A DNA stretch of 64,000 nucleotides, taken from Thermoplasmata archaeon (GTDB lineage: Archaea > Thermoplasmatota > Thermoplasmata > Lutacidiplasmatales > UBA184). Of this stretch, positions 28,705-39,300 are shown piece by piece. Each line of letters opens with the position of its first letter. Within the stretch, counting starts at the first letter, position 1. Location of the stretch: the NCBI GenBank assembly GCA_030041175.1, contig JASHOK010000055.1:4171-68170 (forward strand), given 5' to 3'. Below the pieces are notes generated by a model. That model did no database searches, was not told the origin of the DNA, and saw only the letters and a list, made by a program, of their open reading frames with translations. Position numbers and translations under genes: made by a program.

Positions 28705-29583
28705 ATGCCGCGGTCCAAGCCCAGCGCTCGGGAGGCCACGTTCCTTCGGGCCGAGATCGCCCGCTCCGCGCGACGGGCCGAGGCGGGGCTTCGGGCCGCG
28801 GCCTATCGGGAGATGCCCGATCCCGAGACCCTGCATCGTCTGCATCGGGACCTCCGCGAACTTCGCGTTACGCACCGTCTGCTCCTACCCGTACCGAAGG
28901 CCGGAACCCCGGAGGACGCGATCGACCGTCGCCTGCGAAAATTGGCCGGCCTGGTCGGAGAGGTCCGGGACCGCGATGTGGCCATCGACCTCCTCCTGCG
29001 CGCGGGCCGCGACGCGGACCCGAAGCTTCGGCAGAATCTTCGGACACAGCTCCGGCACGAGGGCGAGGTGGGGCGGCAGCTCCTCCGAGCGGCGGCTCGT
29101 GCCGAAATAGACCGTCGCTTGCTCCAGACGGTCATCCGAGACGTGGCTGGGGCCTCGGTGCCTGGTCCCGCTCGGCTCCGCCGGGAGCTGCAGTCTGCGC
29201 TGGCCCAGCACCATCAGACGGTCGTCCGCGCGTTCCGTCGTGGCCTCAAGAAGCCCTCGACCCGTCGGCTGCATCGGCTCCGGATCGCTCTCCGCAACGC
29301 CCGGGCGCTGCGGGTCCTGGTCGGTCGCGCAACGGGGCACCCGGCCGAGTCCGTACCGGCCGAGCTCGAGAAGCTCCAGCGGACCCTCGGTCGCCTGCAC
29401 GACCTCGACATGGTCACCGAGCGGATCACGGGCCTTCCGTCCGGGGAGAATCTCGACCGCTGGGAGCGTCAATGGCGTCGGGCCCGCAAATCGGAGCGGA
29501 TCCAGGTCCTGGCGCGCATGCAACGGAAGCGGACCCGGAAGTCGCTTTCCTGGCTAGCCCTAGGACCTGCCGAGGACCAATGA
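28705..29583 (+). CDS. CHAD domain (polyphosphate-binding) protein
   Basis: LHRLHRDLRELR, GEVRDRDV, LHRLRIALRNAR, LQRTLGRLHDLD; very basic. Confidence 0.9.
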   Translation: MPRSKPSAREATFLRAEIARSARRAEAGLRAAAYREMPDPETLHRLHRDLRELRVTHRLLLPVPKAGTPEDAIDRRLRKLAGLVGEVRDRDVAIDLLLRAGRDADPKLRQNLRTQLRHEGEVGRQLLRAAARAEIDRRLLQTVIRDVAGASVPGPARLRRELQSALAQHHQTVVRAFRRGLKKPSTRRLHRLRIALRNARALRVLVGRATGHPAESVPAELEKLQRTLGRLHDLDMVTERITGLPSGENLDRWERQWRRARKSERIQVLARMQRKRTRKSLSWLALGPAEDQ

Positions 29584-29650
29584 CTGAATCTCTGCGTGAC
29601 CCGACGGGGAGTTCATAGGCCGGGGGGACTTGCGCGTGACACCACTGACG

Positions 29651-31201
29651 ATGTCGGCGAGTTCCCCTGTCCTCCTGACCGAGATCCGGCCCGGAGAGGC
29701 GAGCCAGCTGGCCGTCATCGACCTGGGCTCGAACACGGCACGGCTGGCAATCTTCGAGGTCACGGGCGAGGGCGGGCTGCGGACCGTCTATGAGGTGAAG
29801 GAGGTTCCACGGCTCGGGAAGGGTGTCCGTGACGACCTCTCCCTCTCGCCCGGAGCCATCGAGCGCGGGCTGGCCACCCTAACCCGATTTTCCCGACACC
29901 TCACGGTCATGGGGAATCCTCCCACCATCGCCGTCGCGACGAGTGCGGTACGCGACGCGCCGAACGGGCGAGCGTTCATCGAGCGGATCGCCCGGAGGAC
30001 CGGCATCCTGATGCGCGTGATCTCCGGCGAGGAGGAAGCTCGCCTGGGCTATCTGGGCGTGGCGTCGGCCTGGGAGCTCGACCGGGACGTGATCGCGGAC
30101 CTGGGCGGCGGCTCGCTCCAGCTTGCGTCGACCCGCAGCGGTCAGCTCGAGCGGTCGAGCAGCCTCCCCCTGGGCGCGCTCCGAATGACGCAGGACTTCC
30201 TGCGGCACGACCCTCCCAAGCGCAAGGAGCTGGAGGCAGCACGGGACCACATCCGGAAGGAGCTCGCCGCGACGCCGCTGCCCCGTCCTTCGGAGCGGCT
30301 GCGGATCTTCGGCGTCGGAGGAACGATCCGGTGCCTCGCCCGGGTGGCGATGGAGCTTCGGGAGTACCCGGTCCAGCGGGTCCATGGCTACCGGCTCAAC
30401 CGGAGGGATCTGGATGTTCTGGAGGGCATCTTGCTCGAAATGACGGCTCCGCAACGGCGGGAGGTACCCGGCATCAGCGCCGCGCGCGCGGATGTCATCG
30501 TGGCGGGGTTACTGGTCGTCGACGAGCTCCTACGTCGGACCGACCGGGATGAGCTCTGGGTGACCGGGCACGGAATCCGCGAGGGTGCGGTCATCGAGCG
30601 ACTCGCGATTCCGGTGCCGGCGTCGCAGGAGGTCCTGGCCTTCCGTTCCGTGACCGCCGCGGCTCGAGCGATGGGATTCTCCCTGATCCACGGCGAGCAG
30701 GTCCGCCGGCTGGCCCTCACACTCTTCGACCGGCTCCAGACCCGCTTCGGGTGGACGGCCAACGACCGGCTGGTCCTCTCGGTCGCGGCCTGGATGCACG
30801 ACGTGGGCGCCGTGGTGGACCCCTGGCATCACCCGCAGCACTCCGCCTACCTGATCCGGAACCTGGCCAGCCTTTCGCTCACCGACCGGGACGCGGTTCT
30901 GGCGTCCCTGGTGGCGTACCTTCATGAGGGGGATGAGATGCCCGAGGGCTGGGCCAAGACGTGGCGCGCCATCCTCACCCCGGACGACCTGCAGGTCGCT
31001 CGACAGCTCGGCACGATCGTTTACTTTGCCGAGACCCTCGAGGGCGCGCGCCTCACGGTGACCCTCCCGCGCGGATCTCAACGCCTGCGTATCGAGCCGT
31101 ACCGGAACGGCGGAGCCTCGGTGCCGCCCCGCGCCGTCGAGCGCCTGCGAAAGCCGATCGAGCGGGTCTTCGAACTGGAGCTGGTGGCCCCGGATGAGTG
31201 A
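29651..31201 (+). CDS. ppx: Exopolyphosphatase Ppx/GppA with HD-like C-terminal domain
   Basis: IDLGSNT, ATSAVRDA, GEEEA, DLGGGS, GVGGTIR, GIREG, MHDVG. Confidence 0.93.
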   Translation: MSASSPVLLTEIRPGEASQLAVIDLGSNTARLAIFEVTGEGGLRTVYEVKEVPRLGKGVRDDLSLSPGAIERGLATLTRFSRHLTVMGNPPTIAVATSAVRDAPNGRAFIERIARRTGILMRVISGEEEARLGYLGVASAWELDRDVIADLGGGSLQLASTRSGQLERSSSLPLGALRMTQDFLRHDPPKRKELEAARDHIRKELAATPLPRPSERLRIFGVGGTIRCLARVAMELREYPVQRVHGYRLNRRDLDVLEGILLEMTAPQRREVPGISAARADVIVAGLLVVDELLRRTDRDELWVTGHGIREGAVIERLAIPVPASQEVLAFRSVTAAARAMGFSLIHGEQVRRLALTLFDRLQTRFGWTANDRLVLSVAAWMHDVGAVVDPWHHPQHSAYLIRNLASLSLTDRDAVLASLVAYLHEGDEMPEGWAKTWRAILTPDDLQVARQLGTIVYFAETLEGARLTVTLPRGSQRLRIEPYRNGGASVPPRAVERLRKPIERVFELELVAPDE

Positions 31202-31904
31202 GCGGCCGATGGCACCCCCGGCTCCGGGCAACAACGGCGGAACGGGCCGACTGCTCGTCGTCGAGGGCCTCGATGGCAGCGGGAAATCGACCCAGGCCCG
31301 ACTGCTGGTGAAGTGGCTCCAGTCGCGCGGGTATCGCGTTTTCTTCACGGAATGGAATTCGTCGGAGCTGGTCTCGGGCGTCATTCGTCGCGGAAAGAAG
31401 AAGGGACTGTTGACGCCGACGACCTTCGCACTCCTTCACGCTACGGACTTTGCGGACCGGCTCGAGCGGCAGATTCTCCCGCCGCTGCGCGCCGGGTACT
31501 TCGTGGTCTGCGACCGCTACTGCTACACCGCCTTCGCGCGGGATACCGCACGCGGCTGCGACCCGGCCTGGGTTCGGAACATGTACTCGTTCGCGCCCGT
31601 ACCGGACAAGGTGCTCTACTTCCGTGTCCCGGTCCAGGTCTCCCTGGACCGGAAGCTCGCGTCGCGGGAACCGATCTCGTACTACGAAGCCGGGATGGAC
31701 CTGCATCTCGCCGACGATGTCGTGGAGAGTTACCAGCGATTCCAGGCGGCCCTCCGGCGCGGCTACGAGAAGCTCGTGACGACCGACCACCTTGTCCCGA
31801 TCGACGCGGCGAAGCCGGTGGAGCAGGTGCTCACCCGGGTCCGCTCCGAGGTCAAGCCGCTGCTGAACGAATTCCCCAAGATGGAGACGCTGGTCCATGG
31901 TTAG
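31194..31904 (+). CDS. Thymidylate-kinase-like protein 1 (putative PPK3-type subunit with intact P-loop)
   Basis: EGLDGSGKST, CDRY, YYEAGMDL; located in polyphosphate cluster. Confidence 0.8.
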   Translation: MSERPMAPPAPGNNGGTGRLLVVEGLDGSGKSTQARLLVKWLQSRGYRVFFTEWNSSELVSGVIRRGKKKGLLTPTTFALLHATDFADRLERQILPPLRAGYFVVCDRYCYTAFARDTARGCDPAWVRNMYSFAPVPDKVLYFRVPVQVSLDRKLASREPISYYEAGMDLHLADDVVESYQRFQAALRRGYEKLVTTDHLVPIDAAKPVEQVLTRVRSEVKPLLNEFPKMETLVHG

Positions 31905-32673
31905 GACGTACGGGACGCGCATCCCCAATCTGCCGAAGAAGGAGCTTCCCGGCCACCTCATCGTGGTCGAAGGCGCGGACGGGTCCGGGCGGACGACCGA
32001 GGTCGAGATGCTCCGCGACTGGCTCGAGATCCAGGGACACCCGGTCGTGGACACGGGTCTCCGCCGCTCCACCCTCGTCAGCAAGCAGATCGACCGGGCG
32101 AAGCTCGGTCATACACTCGGCGCGACCACGATGGCGCTGTTCTACGCCGCCGACTTCGCCGACCAGCTGGAGAACAAGATCCTTCCGGCGCTCTCGGCCG
32201 GGAGCACCGTCCTCGCCGACCGGTACACGTACACCCTGATGGCCCGGGCGATTGTCCGCGGCGCTACCCGGGAGTACGCGGAAAAGCTGTATGCGTTCGC
32301 CTTCGAGCCGGACCTCATTATCTTCCTCGATGCGCGTACCGACATCCTCCTCCACCGGGCGATCGCGAAGTACGGGTCGCTCGACTACTGGGAGAGCGGG
32401 ATGGACCTCTCGCTCTCCCGCGACCGCTTCGAGAGTTTCTTCGCGTATCAGGGGCTGCTCAAGAAGGAGTTCGACTGGATGGCGCGAACGTACGGGTTCC
32501 AGCGCGTGGACGCGAACCGGACCCCGTTCCAGGTCCACCGCGACGTGAAGGCGGTCGTGGCGGCGCTCTTCGGCAAGAAGGTCCGCATCGAGGTAGGGGT
32601 CGAGGGGAGCCCGAAGGTCGCTACCGTGCCCGAGGTGTCGGGTCTCGGCCCCACGGAAGGACAGAACGCCTAA
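31897..32673 (+). CDS. Thymidylate-kinase-like protein 2 (putative PPK3-type partner with altered P-loop)
   Basis: EGADGSGRTT (K to R), ADRY, YWESGMDL; paralogous to the preceding gene. Confidence 0.78.
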   Translation: MVRTYGTRIPNLPKKELPGHLIVVEGADGSGRTTEVEMLRDWLEIQGHPVVDTGLRRSTLVSKQIDRAKLGHTLGATTMALFYAADFADQLENKILPALSAGSTVLADRYTYTLMARAIVRGATREYAEKLYAFAFEPDLIIFLDARTDILLHRAIAKYGSLDYWESGMDLSLSRDRFESFFAYQGLLKKEFDWMARTYGFQRVDANRTPFQVHRDVKAVVAALFGKKVRIEVGVEGSPKVATVPEVSGLGPTEGQNA

Positions 32674-33170
32674 CCCAACCGCTCGAGCTGCTTCCTCGTC
32701 AGGATCCAGTCGATCTCGGCGGCGCCCGCCCGGGCCTCGCGGGAGAAGTTGAGCTGGGCGACCCCGGCCTTGGCGAAGCGGGTGATCGGGACGGAATCGC
32801 CGGTGACCGCGAGACCGAGAAGCTCCCCGAGAGTGGGCTCATGACCGACCAGCGCGATTCCCCGGCGGCGGGAGTACCGCTGCACGCGCTCGAGAATCGG
32901 TCCGGGCGACGTGTCCGGCTCGAGCTCGTCCCAGAGTTCGAGCTCGGCCTCGACCTCGAGGACCTCTCGAAAGATCTCGGCGGTCGCCCGGGCGCGGACG
33001 GCCGGACTCGCCACGACCTTATCGACGGCAGGACGCAACTTCGCCAGCCCCTTCGCGGCGCGACGCGTCGACCGAACTCCGTCGGGCGTCAGTGGCCGTG
33101 TGCGATCATCCGGCCACCGGGACGGGTCGCGGTCGGCCGCCGGCCCGTGCCGGATCAGGAGCAGGTCCAT
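32670..33170 (-). CDS. sixA: SixA-like phosphohistidine phosphatase
   Basis: LLIRHG, RPLT, SPAVRARATA, LVGHEP. Confidence 0.9.
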   Translation of the reverse strand: MDLLLIRHGPAADRDPSRWPDDRTRPLTPDGVRSTRRAAKGLAKLRPAVDKVVASPAVRARATAEIFREVLEVEAELELWDELEPDTSPGPILERVQRYSRRRGIALVGHEPTLGELLGLAVTGDSVPITRFAKAGVAQLNFSREARAGAAEIDWILTRKQLERLG

Positions 33171-33277
33171 CCCGAGCGTTCCCTCGCTCCGCGAGAATCG
33201 GCGGCCTATAACGACCCCTGCTTGTCGACCCAAACCCTTAGGGAGGTGATGCGCCGGCTGCCGGGTCGAGGTCCCCT

Positions 33278-34030
33278 ATGGAAGCGTCGATCCCCCCACC
33301 CTCGTTCACCGAACCCGCGCTGGGCATTGTCTTCGACCTGGATGGCACGCTCGTCGATAGCCAGCACGACTTTCCCCGGCTGCGTAAGACCGTCGTCCAC
33401 CTGGCCGAGAAGTACGGGGTTGCGCCGGGTCGGCTGTCCATCACCGAGACCGTGAACCGGCTCCTGCGGGACGCGACCGCCATTCTCGCGGCACAGAACG
33501 TCCCGGAAGGCCAGATCTTCCGCTTCGAGAAGGAGGTCAACGAGGCGATCGATACGATCGAGATGGAGGCGCTGCCACGGACGAAGGCAGCCCCCAATGC
33601 CGGTCCGGTGCTCAAGGCGCTCAGCGAGAAGGGATTCCGGCTGGGTCTCCTCACCCGGAGCTCCGACCACTTCGCCCGGTCCGCCCTGTCCAAGACGGAG
33701 CTCGCTCCGTACTTTCCATTCCTCCGAAGCCGCAGCTCACCGGGGCCGGTCAAGCCGTCGCCCGAGGCACTCCGATTGCTGCTCGACACGATGGGCGTGC
33801 CGACCGACCGCGCCGTGCTGGTGGGCGACCAACTCCTGGATTGTGAGTGTGCGGTGGCGGCCCGGGTCAAGTTCTACGGGGTCCTGCTTCCCGCCAAGGA
33901 CCCGCTCCACGTCGATATCGACAAGTTCCGGGCCGGTGGGGCGACCGCCGTGGCCCGAGATCTGGCGGAACTGGCGGGGTTCTTCGGGGCGAAAGTGGGG
34001 GCCGGACCCAGCGCGCCAGCACCCCGCTAG
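33278..34030 (+). CDS. HAD family hydrolase
   Basis: FDLDGTLVDS, LLTRS, KPSP, VGDQLLD. Confidence 0.9.
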   Translation: MEASIPPPSFTEPALGIVFDLDGTLVDSQHDFPRLRKTVVHLAEKYGVAPGRLSITETVNRLLRDATAILAAQNVPEGQIFRFEKEVNEAIDTIEMEALPRTKAAPNAGPVLKALSEKGFRLGLLTRSSDHFARSALSKTELAPYFPFLRSRSSPGPVKPSPEALRLLLDTMGVPTDRAVLVGDQLLDCECAVAARVKFYGVLLPAKDPLHVDIDKFRAGGATAVARDLAELAGFFGAKVGAGPSAPAPR

Positions 34031-35025
34031 CCGAGCGACTGGACGAACACATCGATCACCGCCCGCTCGGCGGTCGCCCAGGCCTCGGGAATCTGGTTCC
34101 ATCCCGAGCGGAGGTCCCCCACACAGTACAACCCCGGGATCGGCGCGCCATCCTTTTCGGAGAGCACCCGGCAATCCTCGTCCGTCTGAACGTAGCCGTC
34201 CGGATCCAGCGCAGCGCCCAGCTCGCGGGGAAGGTGCTGGTGCATATCGTACCAGCCGAGACCGGAGAACCCCCGGTCAAAGGTGCGCGCGGTTCCGTCC
34301 GCGAACTTCACGGTGAAGGTCTTCTCGCGGATCCCGTCGAAGCCGACCAAGACGCCCGAGGACCAGGGGATGCCCGCCGAACGGAGCCGACCCTCCAGCT
34401 CGGCCTTCTCGGCGGGTCCAAGGTCGCCGAGGAACGGTTCCCCGTGCGTCAGGATCTCCAACGATCGCGGCCCGAAATGCCGGAGTTCGAGCGCGAGCTC
34501 GCCCGCGTAGGCGGTCGACCCGAGAACGGCGACCGACTTCCCAGGGAGCTCATGGCCGTCGCAGAACTCGCAGAAGTACACGAGACCCTGGTTGGCCCAC
34601 GGAAAGATCGGGTCGATCTTGCCCCCGACCGCCGGAATTCGGTCCACCACGCCGTGGGCCAGGATCAGATGCTTTGCCCGAACTTTTCGAGGTTGCTTGA
34701 GCCACTCGAACTCAATCTCGTATCCGTCCCCGGACCGCCGGGCTGCCGAGGCGCGAGCCGGACTCACGTAGGTCACCCGTTCCTCGTACTTGCGCAGGGC
34801 TTCCACCTGTTTGTCGAGCAGCGCATGGCCCGAGATCCCCTCGCCGAATCCCGGAATGTTGTCCATTCGGGGAGAATAGTACGACCGGCTGTACTTCGGG
34901 CCCCGATCAATGACGACCGCCGTCAGGTGGAGCAGCGCCGCCTTGAGGCCGGCCTGGAGGCCCGCATGACCTCCCCCCACGATGGCGATGTCATACGACT
35001 CCTGCAACCGCGGGAACCCCGGCAT
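34027..35025 (-). CDS. Thioredoxin-reductase-like FAD oxidoreductase
   Basis: GGGHAG, CEFCDG redox motif, PGLYCVGD. Confidence 0.85.
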   Translation of the reverse strand: MPGFPRLQESYDIAIVGGGHAGLQAGLKAALLHLTAVVIDRGPKYSRSYYSPRMDNIPGFGEGISGHALLDKQVEALRKYEERVTYVSPARASAARRSGDGYEIEFEWLKQPRKVRAKHLILAHGVVDRIPAVGGKIDPIFPWANQGLVYFCEFCDGHELPGKSVAVLGSTAYAGELALELRHFGPRSLEILTHGEPFLGDLGPAEKAELEGRLRSAGIPWSSGVLVGFDGIREKTFTVKFADGTARTFDRGFSGLGWYDMHQHLPRELGAALDPDGYVQTDEDCRVLSEKDGAPIPGLYCVGDLRSGWNQIPEAWATAERAVIDVFVQSLG

Positions 35026-35177
35026 TCCTCCGAAGGAGAGCGGGTGGGGGATTTGACGAGGCAGGGTCGCCGATGTCAGCGCGGCGTCTCCGCCGGGAAT
35101 TGGACGGAGCAGCGCGCCGGGCGGAGCTCCCGGCGTCGCGCCCGGATTTCCTTGAGCAATGCTTATGTCGGCCGCCT

Positions 35178-36353
35178 TTGTCGTTCGACTTTGGGTCCAC
35201 CACGCCCGCGAGGTCGGCGTCCAATTCGCCGCGCCGACGGGGGACCTTGCTTCTCGAGGATGGAACCCGGTTCGATGGGGTCGGCTTCGGCGCCTCCACG
35301 ACCTCCATCGGTGAGGTCGTGTTCACGACCGGGATGGTCGGCTATCCGGAGTCGCTCACGGACCCGTCGTTCCGGGGTCAGATCCTGACCTTCACCTATC
35401 CTCTGCTCGGCAACTACGGAGTCCCGCCTACGACGGCCCGGGACGAGTGGGGCCTGCCTCGGTTCCTCGAGTCGAGCGAGGTTCAGGTTCGTGGCTTGGT
35501 CGTCCGGGGACTCACCTCCCCGAGCCACTGGCAGTCCCGGCATCCGCTGGAGCGGTGGCTCCAGGACTCCGGCGTTCCGGGCATCGCCGGGGTCGACACC
35601 CGACGCCTGACCGAGCATCTGAGAGCCGAGGGCGTCGTCCGGGGCGCTCTGCATGTCGGAGCGACACCCGCATCCGATGACGCGCTCCTGGACCGGATCC
35701 GTCGGGCCCCGGAGTACGCCGAAGAGGATTACATGGCGGCGGTGTCCGTCCGCCACCCGGTCGCGTATGGCGATGCGTCGGCTCCGCTGGTCGCGGTGAT
35801 CGACTGCGGGGTCAAGGCAAGCATCCTCCGGGCGCTCCTGAATCGGAAACTCGGCGTGCTCCGCCTTCCGCACGATGCTCCGGTCCCCGATCGGTGGGAA
35901 GGGCGTCGCGTTCGGGGACTGGTGGTCGGGAACGGACCGGGGGATCCCGAGCGCTTGACGGTGACGGTCTCCGAGGTCGGGCGGGCGGTGGATGCGCGAC
36001 TGCCGGTTCTGGGAATCTGTCTCGGAAACCAGCTGCTGGCCCTGTCCCGGGGCGGGCGGACGTTCAAGCTGAAGTACGGTCACCGGGGACAGAACAAGAC
36101 CGTCTGCTTCCCGAACGGCCGGTCCCTGATCATGAGCGAGAATCACGGCTACGCGGTCGACCCCGCGTCCCTTCGAGGCACGGGGCTTGTCCCCTGGGCC
36201 ACCAACCCCGATGATGGGACCTTGGAGGGCCTGCGGGACCGACCGGGCCGCGTTCTGGCGCTCCAAGGACATCCGGAGGGACACCCGGGTCCGCAGGAGG
36301 CCGGCTTCGTCTTCGATCAATTCGCGAGCCGGGTGACCCGGAGGGGCGCATGA
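35178..36353 (+). CDS. carA: Carbamoyl-phosphate synthase small subunit
   Basis: GEVVFTTGMVGYPESLTDPS, GNGPGDP, GICLG, QGHPE; start uncertain (TTG 35178). Confidence 0.93.
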   Translation: MSFDFGSTTPARSASNSPRRRGTLLLEDGTRFDGVGFGASTTSIGEVVFTTGMVGYPESLTDPSFRGQILTFTYPLLGNYGVPPTTARDEWGLPRFLESSEVQVRGLVVRGLTSPSHWQSRHPLERWLQDSGVPGIAGVDTRRLTEHLRAEGVVRGALHVGATPASDDALLDRIRRAPEYAEEDYMAAVSVRHPVAYGDASAPLVAVIDCGVKASILRALLNRKLGVLRLPHDAPVPDRWEGRRVRGLVVGNGPGDPERLTVTVSEVGRAVDARLPVLGICLGNQLLALSRGGRTFKLKYGHRGQNKTVCFPNGRSLIMSENHGYAVDPASLRGTGLVPWATNPDDGTLEGLRDRPGRVLALQGHPEGHPGPQEAGFVFDQFASRVTRRGA

Positions 36354-39300
36354 GGCCCCCGCGGTACGAGAAGATCGTCGTGCTCGGCTCCGGCGCCCTC
36401 AAGATCGGTGAGGCGGGTGAATTCGATTACTCCGGCAGTCAGTGCCTCCGCGCCCTGGAGGAAGAAGGGGTCTACGCGGTAGTGGTGAATCCCAACATCG
36501 CCACCCTCCAGACCGACCCCCCGAAGCACGGTCGCGTGTATCTTCAACCGGTCCGGCCCGAGTTCGTCGAACCCATCCTCGAGGCGGAACGGCCCGACGG
36601 CATGATGCTCAGCTTCGGCGGGCAGACGGCCCTCGATTGCGGAATCCGGCTGGCCGACCGCGGGGCGTACCGGCGCTCCGGGGTCAAGGTGCTGGGGACA
36701 CCGCTGCAGGGGATTCGGGACACGGAGGACCGGGCCCTGTTCGTCCAGGCCATGGGCCGGGCTCGGGTTCCGGTACTGCCCAGCCGGGCCGTTTACTCCG
36801 TCGATGACGCGCTGGCCGCCGCCGAAGTACTGGGCACCCCGGTCATGATCCGGGTCGCGTACACGTTGGGCGGAAAGGGGGGCGGAGTTGCGCGGGACCG
36901 GGCCGGCGTCCGGGAGATCGCGGAGCGGGGACTTCGGCTGAGTCCGGTAGGCCAGATCCTGCTGGAACGATATGTTGGCGACTTCAAGCAGATCGAGTAC
37001 GAGATCGTCCGGGACCGGAAAGGGAACACGCTCACCGTCTGCAACATGGAGAACGTGCTCGCCATGCGCGTGCACACGGGCGACAACATCGTCATCGCCC
37101 CTTCGCAGACCCTGAACGACTCCGAGTACCAGCTGCTCCGCCAGGCCGCACTTCGCGCGGCGACCGAGGTCGGTATCGTGGGAGAGTGCAACATCCAGTT
37201 CGCCCTCGACCCCCGGAGCGAGGAGTACTATGCCATCGAGATCAACGCCCGACTCTCCCGTTCGAGTGCGCTGGCGAGCAAGGCGACCGGGTATCCGCTG
37301 GCGTACGTAGCCGCCAAGCTCGCCCTCGGATACACTCTGCCCGAACTCAAGAATCGGGTGACCGGCGTCACGACCGCCTGCTTTGAGCCGGCGCTGGACT
37401 ACGTGGTGGTCAAGCTGCCCCGCTGGGACCTCGACAAGTTCGAGCGCGCCGATCGCCGGCTCGGTCCCTCGATGAAGTCGGTCGGGGAGGTCATGGGAAT
37501 CGGCGCCTCCTTCCCCGAGGCGATCCAGAAGGCCGTCCGGATGAGCGACCCGACGGGCGACCTGGTGCCTCCAGAGGCTCCCAGACCGTTGGCCGAGGTC
37601 GAGCCGGAACTCAAGCACGCCGGGCCGGAGATCCTTTTCCGGGTCCTAGAAGCCCTCGAGACGGGCGCGTCCGTAGATCACATCGCGAAGCTGTCCGCGA
37701 TCGACCCGTGGTTCGTGGAGCAGCTTTCCGGGATCGTCCGGGAGAGCCGGGCCCTGCGGCGTCGGGCCGGGCACCCGCTCCCGGCGAGCCGACTGCAATC
37801 CGCGAAAGAGCTCGGGTTCTCGGACCGCGCGATCGGTCGGATCACGCACCATTCCGAGGCGGCGGTACGGTCTCGGCGGCTCCACCTGGGCGTCCGACCG
37901 CACGTTCGCATGATCGACACGCTCGCAGGAGAATGGCCGGCGCGGACGAACTACCTCTACCTCACCTACCGGGCGGACGCCGACGACGTGCGTCCATCGC
38001 CCAAGGGCAGCGCCCTCGTGCTCGGAGCCGGCCCGTATCGGATCGGGTCGAGTGTCGAGTTTGACTGGTCGACCACGAACCTGGTCGCCGGGCTCAAGGC
38101 GGCCGGCATCCCATCGGTCACCATCCTGAACTCGAACCCGGAGACGGTTTCGACGGACTACGACCGCTCGGACCGGCTCTACTTCGAGGAGATCACGCTC
38201 GAGCGGGTCCAGGACCTGTTCGACCTCGAGCGGTTCCGCGGCGTCGTGACCTGCGTCGGGAGCCAACTCGCCCAGAACCTGACGCCGGGCCTCAAGCGGA
38301 CCGGGGTCCCGGTCCTCGGAACGACCCCGGAGGCGATCGAGACCGCGGAGGATCGTTCGCAGTTCGCCCGATTGTTGGAGCGGCTGGGCATCCCGCAGCC
38401 GGCCTGGAAGGCGTTCACCACTCTGGAGGAAGCGTCGGCGTTCGCCGATGAGGTCGGCTACCCGGTGCTGGTGCGACCGTCCTTCGTGCTCAGCGGTCAA
38501 GCGATGCGAGTGATCTGGGGCCGCCCCGACCTCGGCCGCTTTCTCGAGCTGGCCCTGCGGATCTCCCGCGAGCACCCCGTCGTCGTCACCAAGTTCGTCC
38601 AGGGCGCGGACGAACTCGAGCTGGACGCGATTTCGGACGGGGAGAAGATCCTCGTCGCCGGCGTGCTGGAGCACGTGGAACGGGCCGGGGTCCACTCGGG
38701 CGACGCCATCTTCTCGATCCCCCCGCGGCGGACGGCGGTGGCGGTCCAGGAGGAACTAGTTCGGGCGGCCGAGCAGATCGCGCAGGCGCTCCGGATTCGC
38801 GGTCCCTTCAACATCCAGTACCTCGTGAAGGACGGGCAGTTCCAGATCATCGAACTCAACCTCCGGGCCAGTCGCTCCCTGCCCTTCCTCTCCAAGTTCA
38901 CCGGTCTTCCGCTCATCGAGGAGGCTGCGCGAGCGCTGCTCGGCGAGCCGCTCTCCCGCTCCGGCTGGAATCCTCCGCCGCCGGACCGCTGGGGGGTGAA
39001 GGTACCCCAGTTCTCGTTCCTGCAGCTGGTCGGCGCCGACCCTCTCCTCGGCGTCGAGATGCAATCCACCGGCGAGGTCGCCTGCTTCGGGTCGAGCTTC
39101 CCGGATGCGCTGATGCGCGGCCTCTTTGCCGCGGGCTGGTCGGCGCCCCGGGCCGCGGGCCGAGCCTTCGTCTCCGTGGGGGGACCGGCCCTGAAGGCCG
39201 AGATGCTCCCGATCGTGGAGCGGCTCGTGTCGCTCGGCTTCGGCCTGGCTGCGACGGAGGATACGGCGCTGTACCTCTCCCAGGCCGGGTTTTCGGACGT

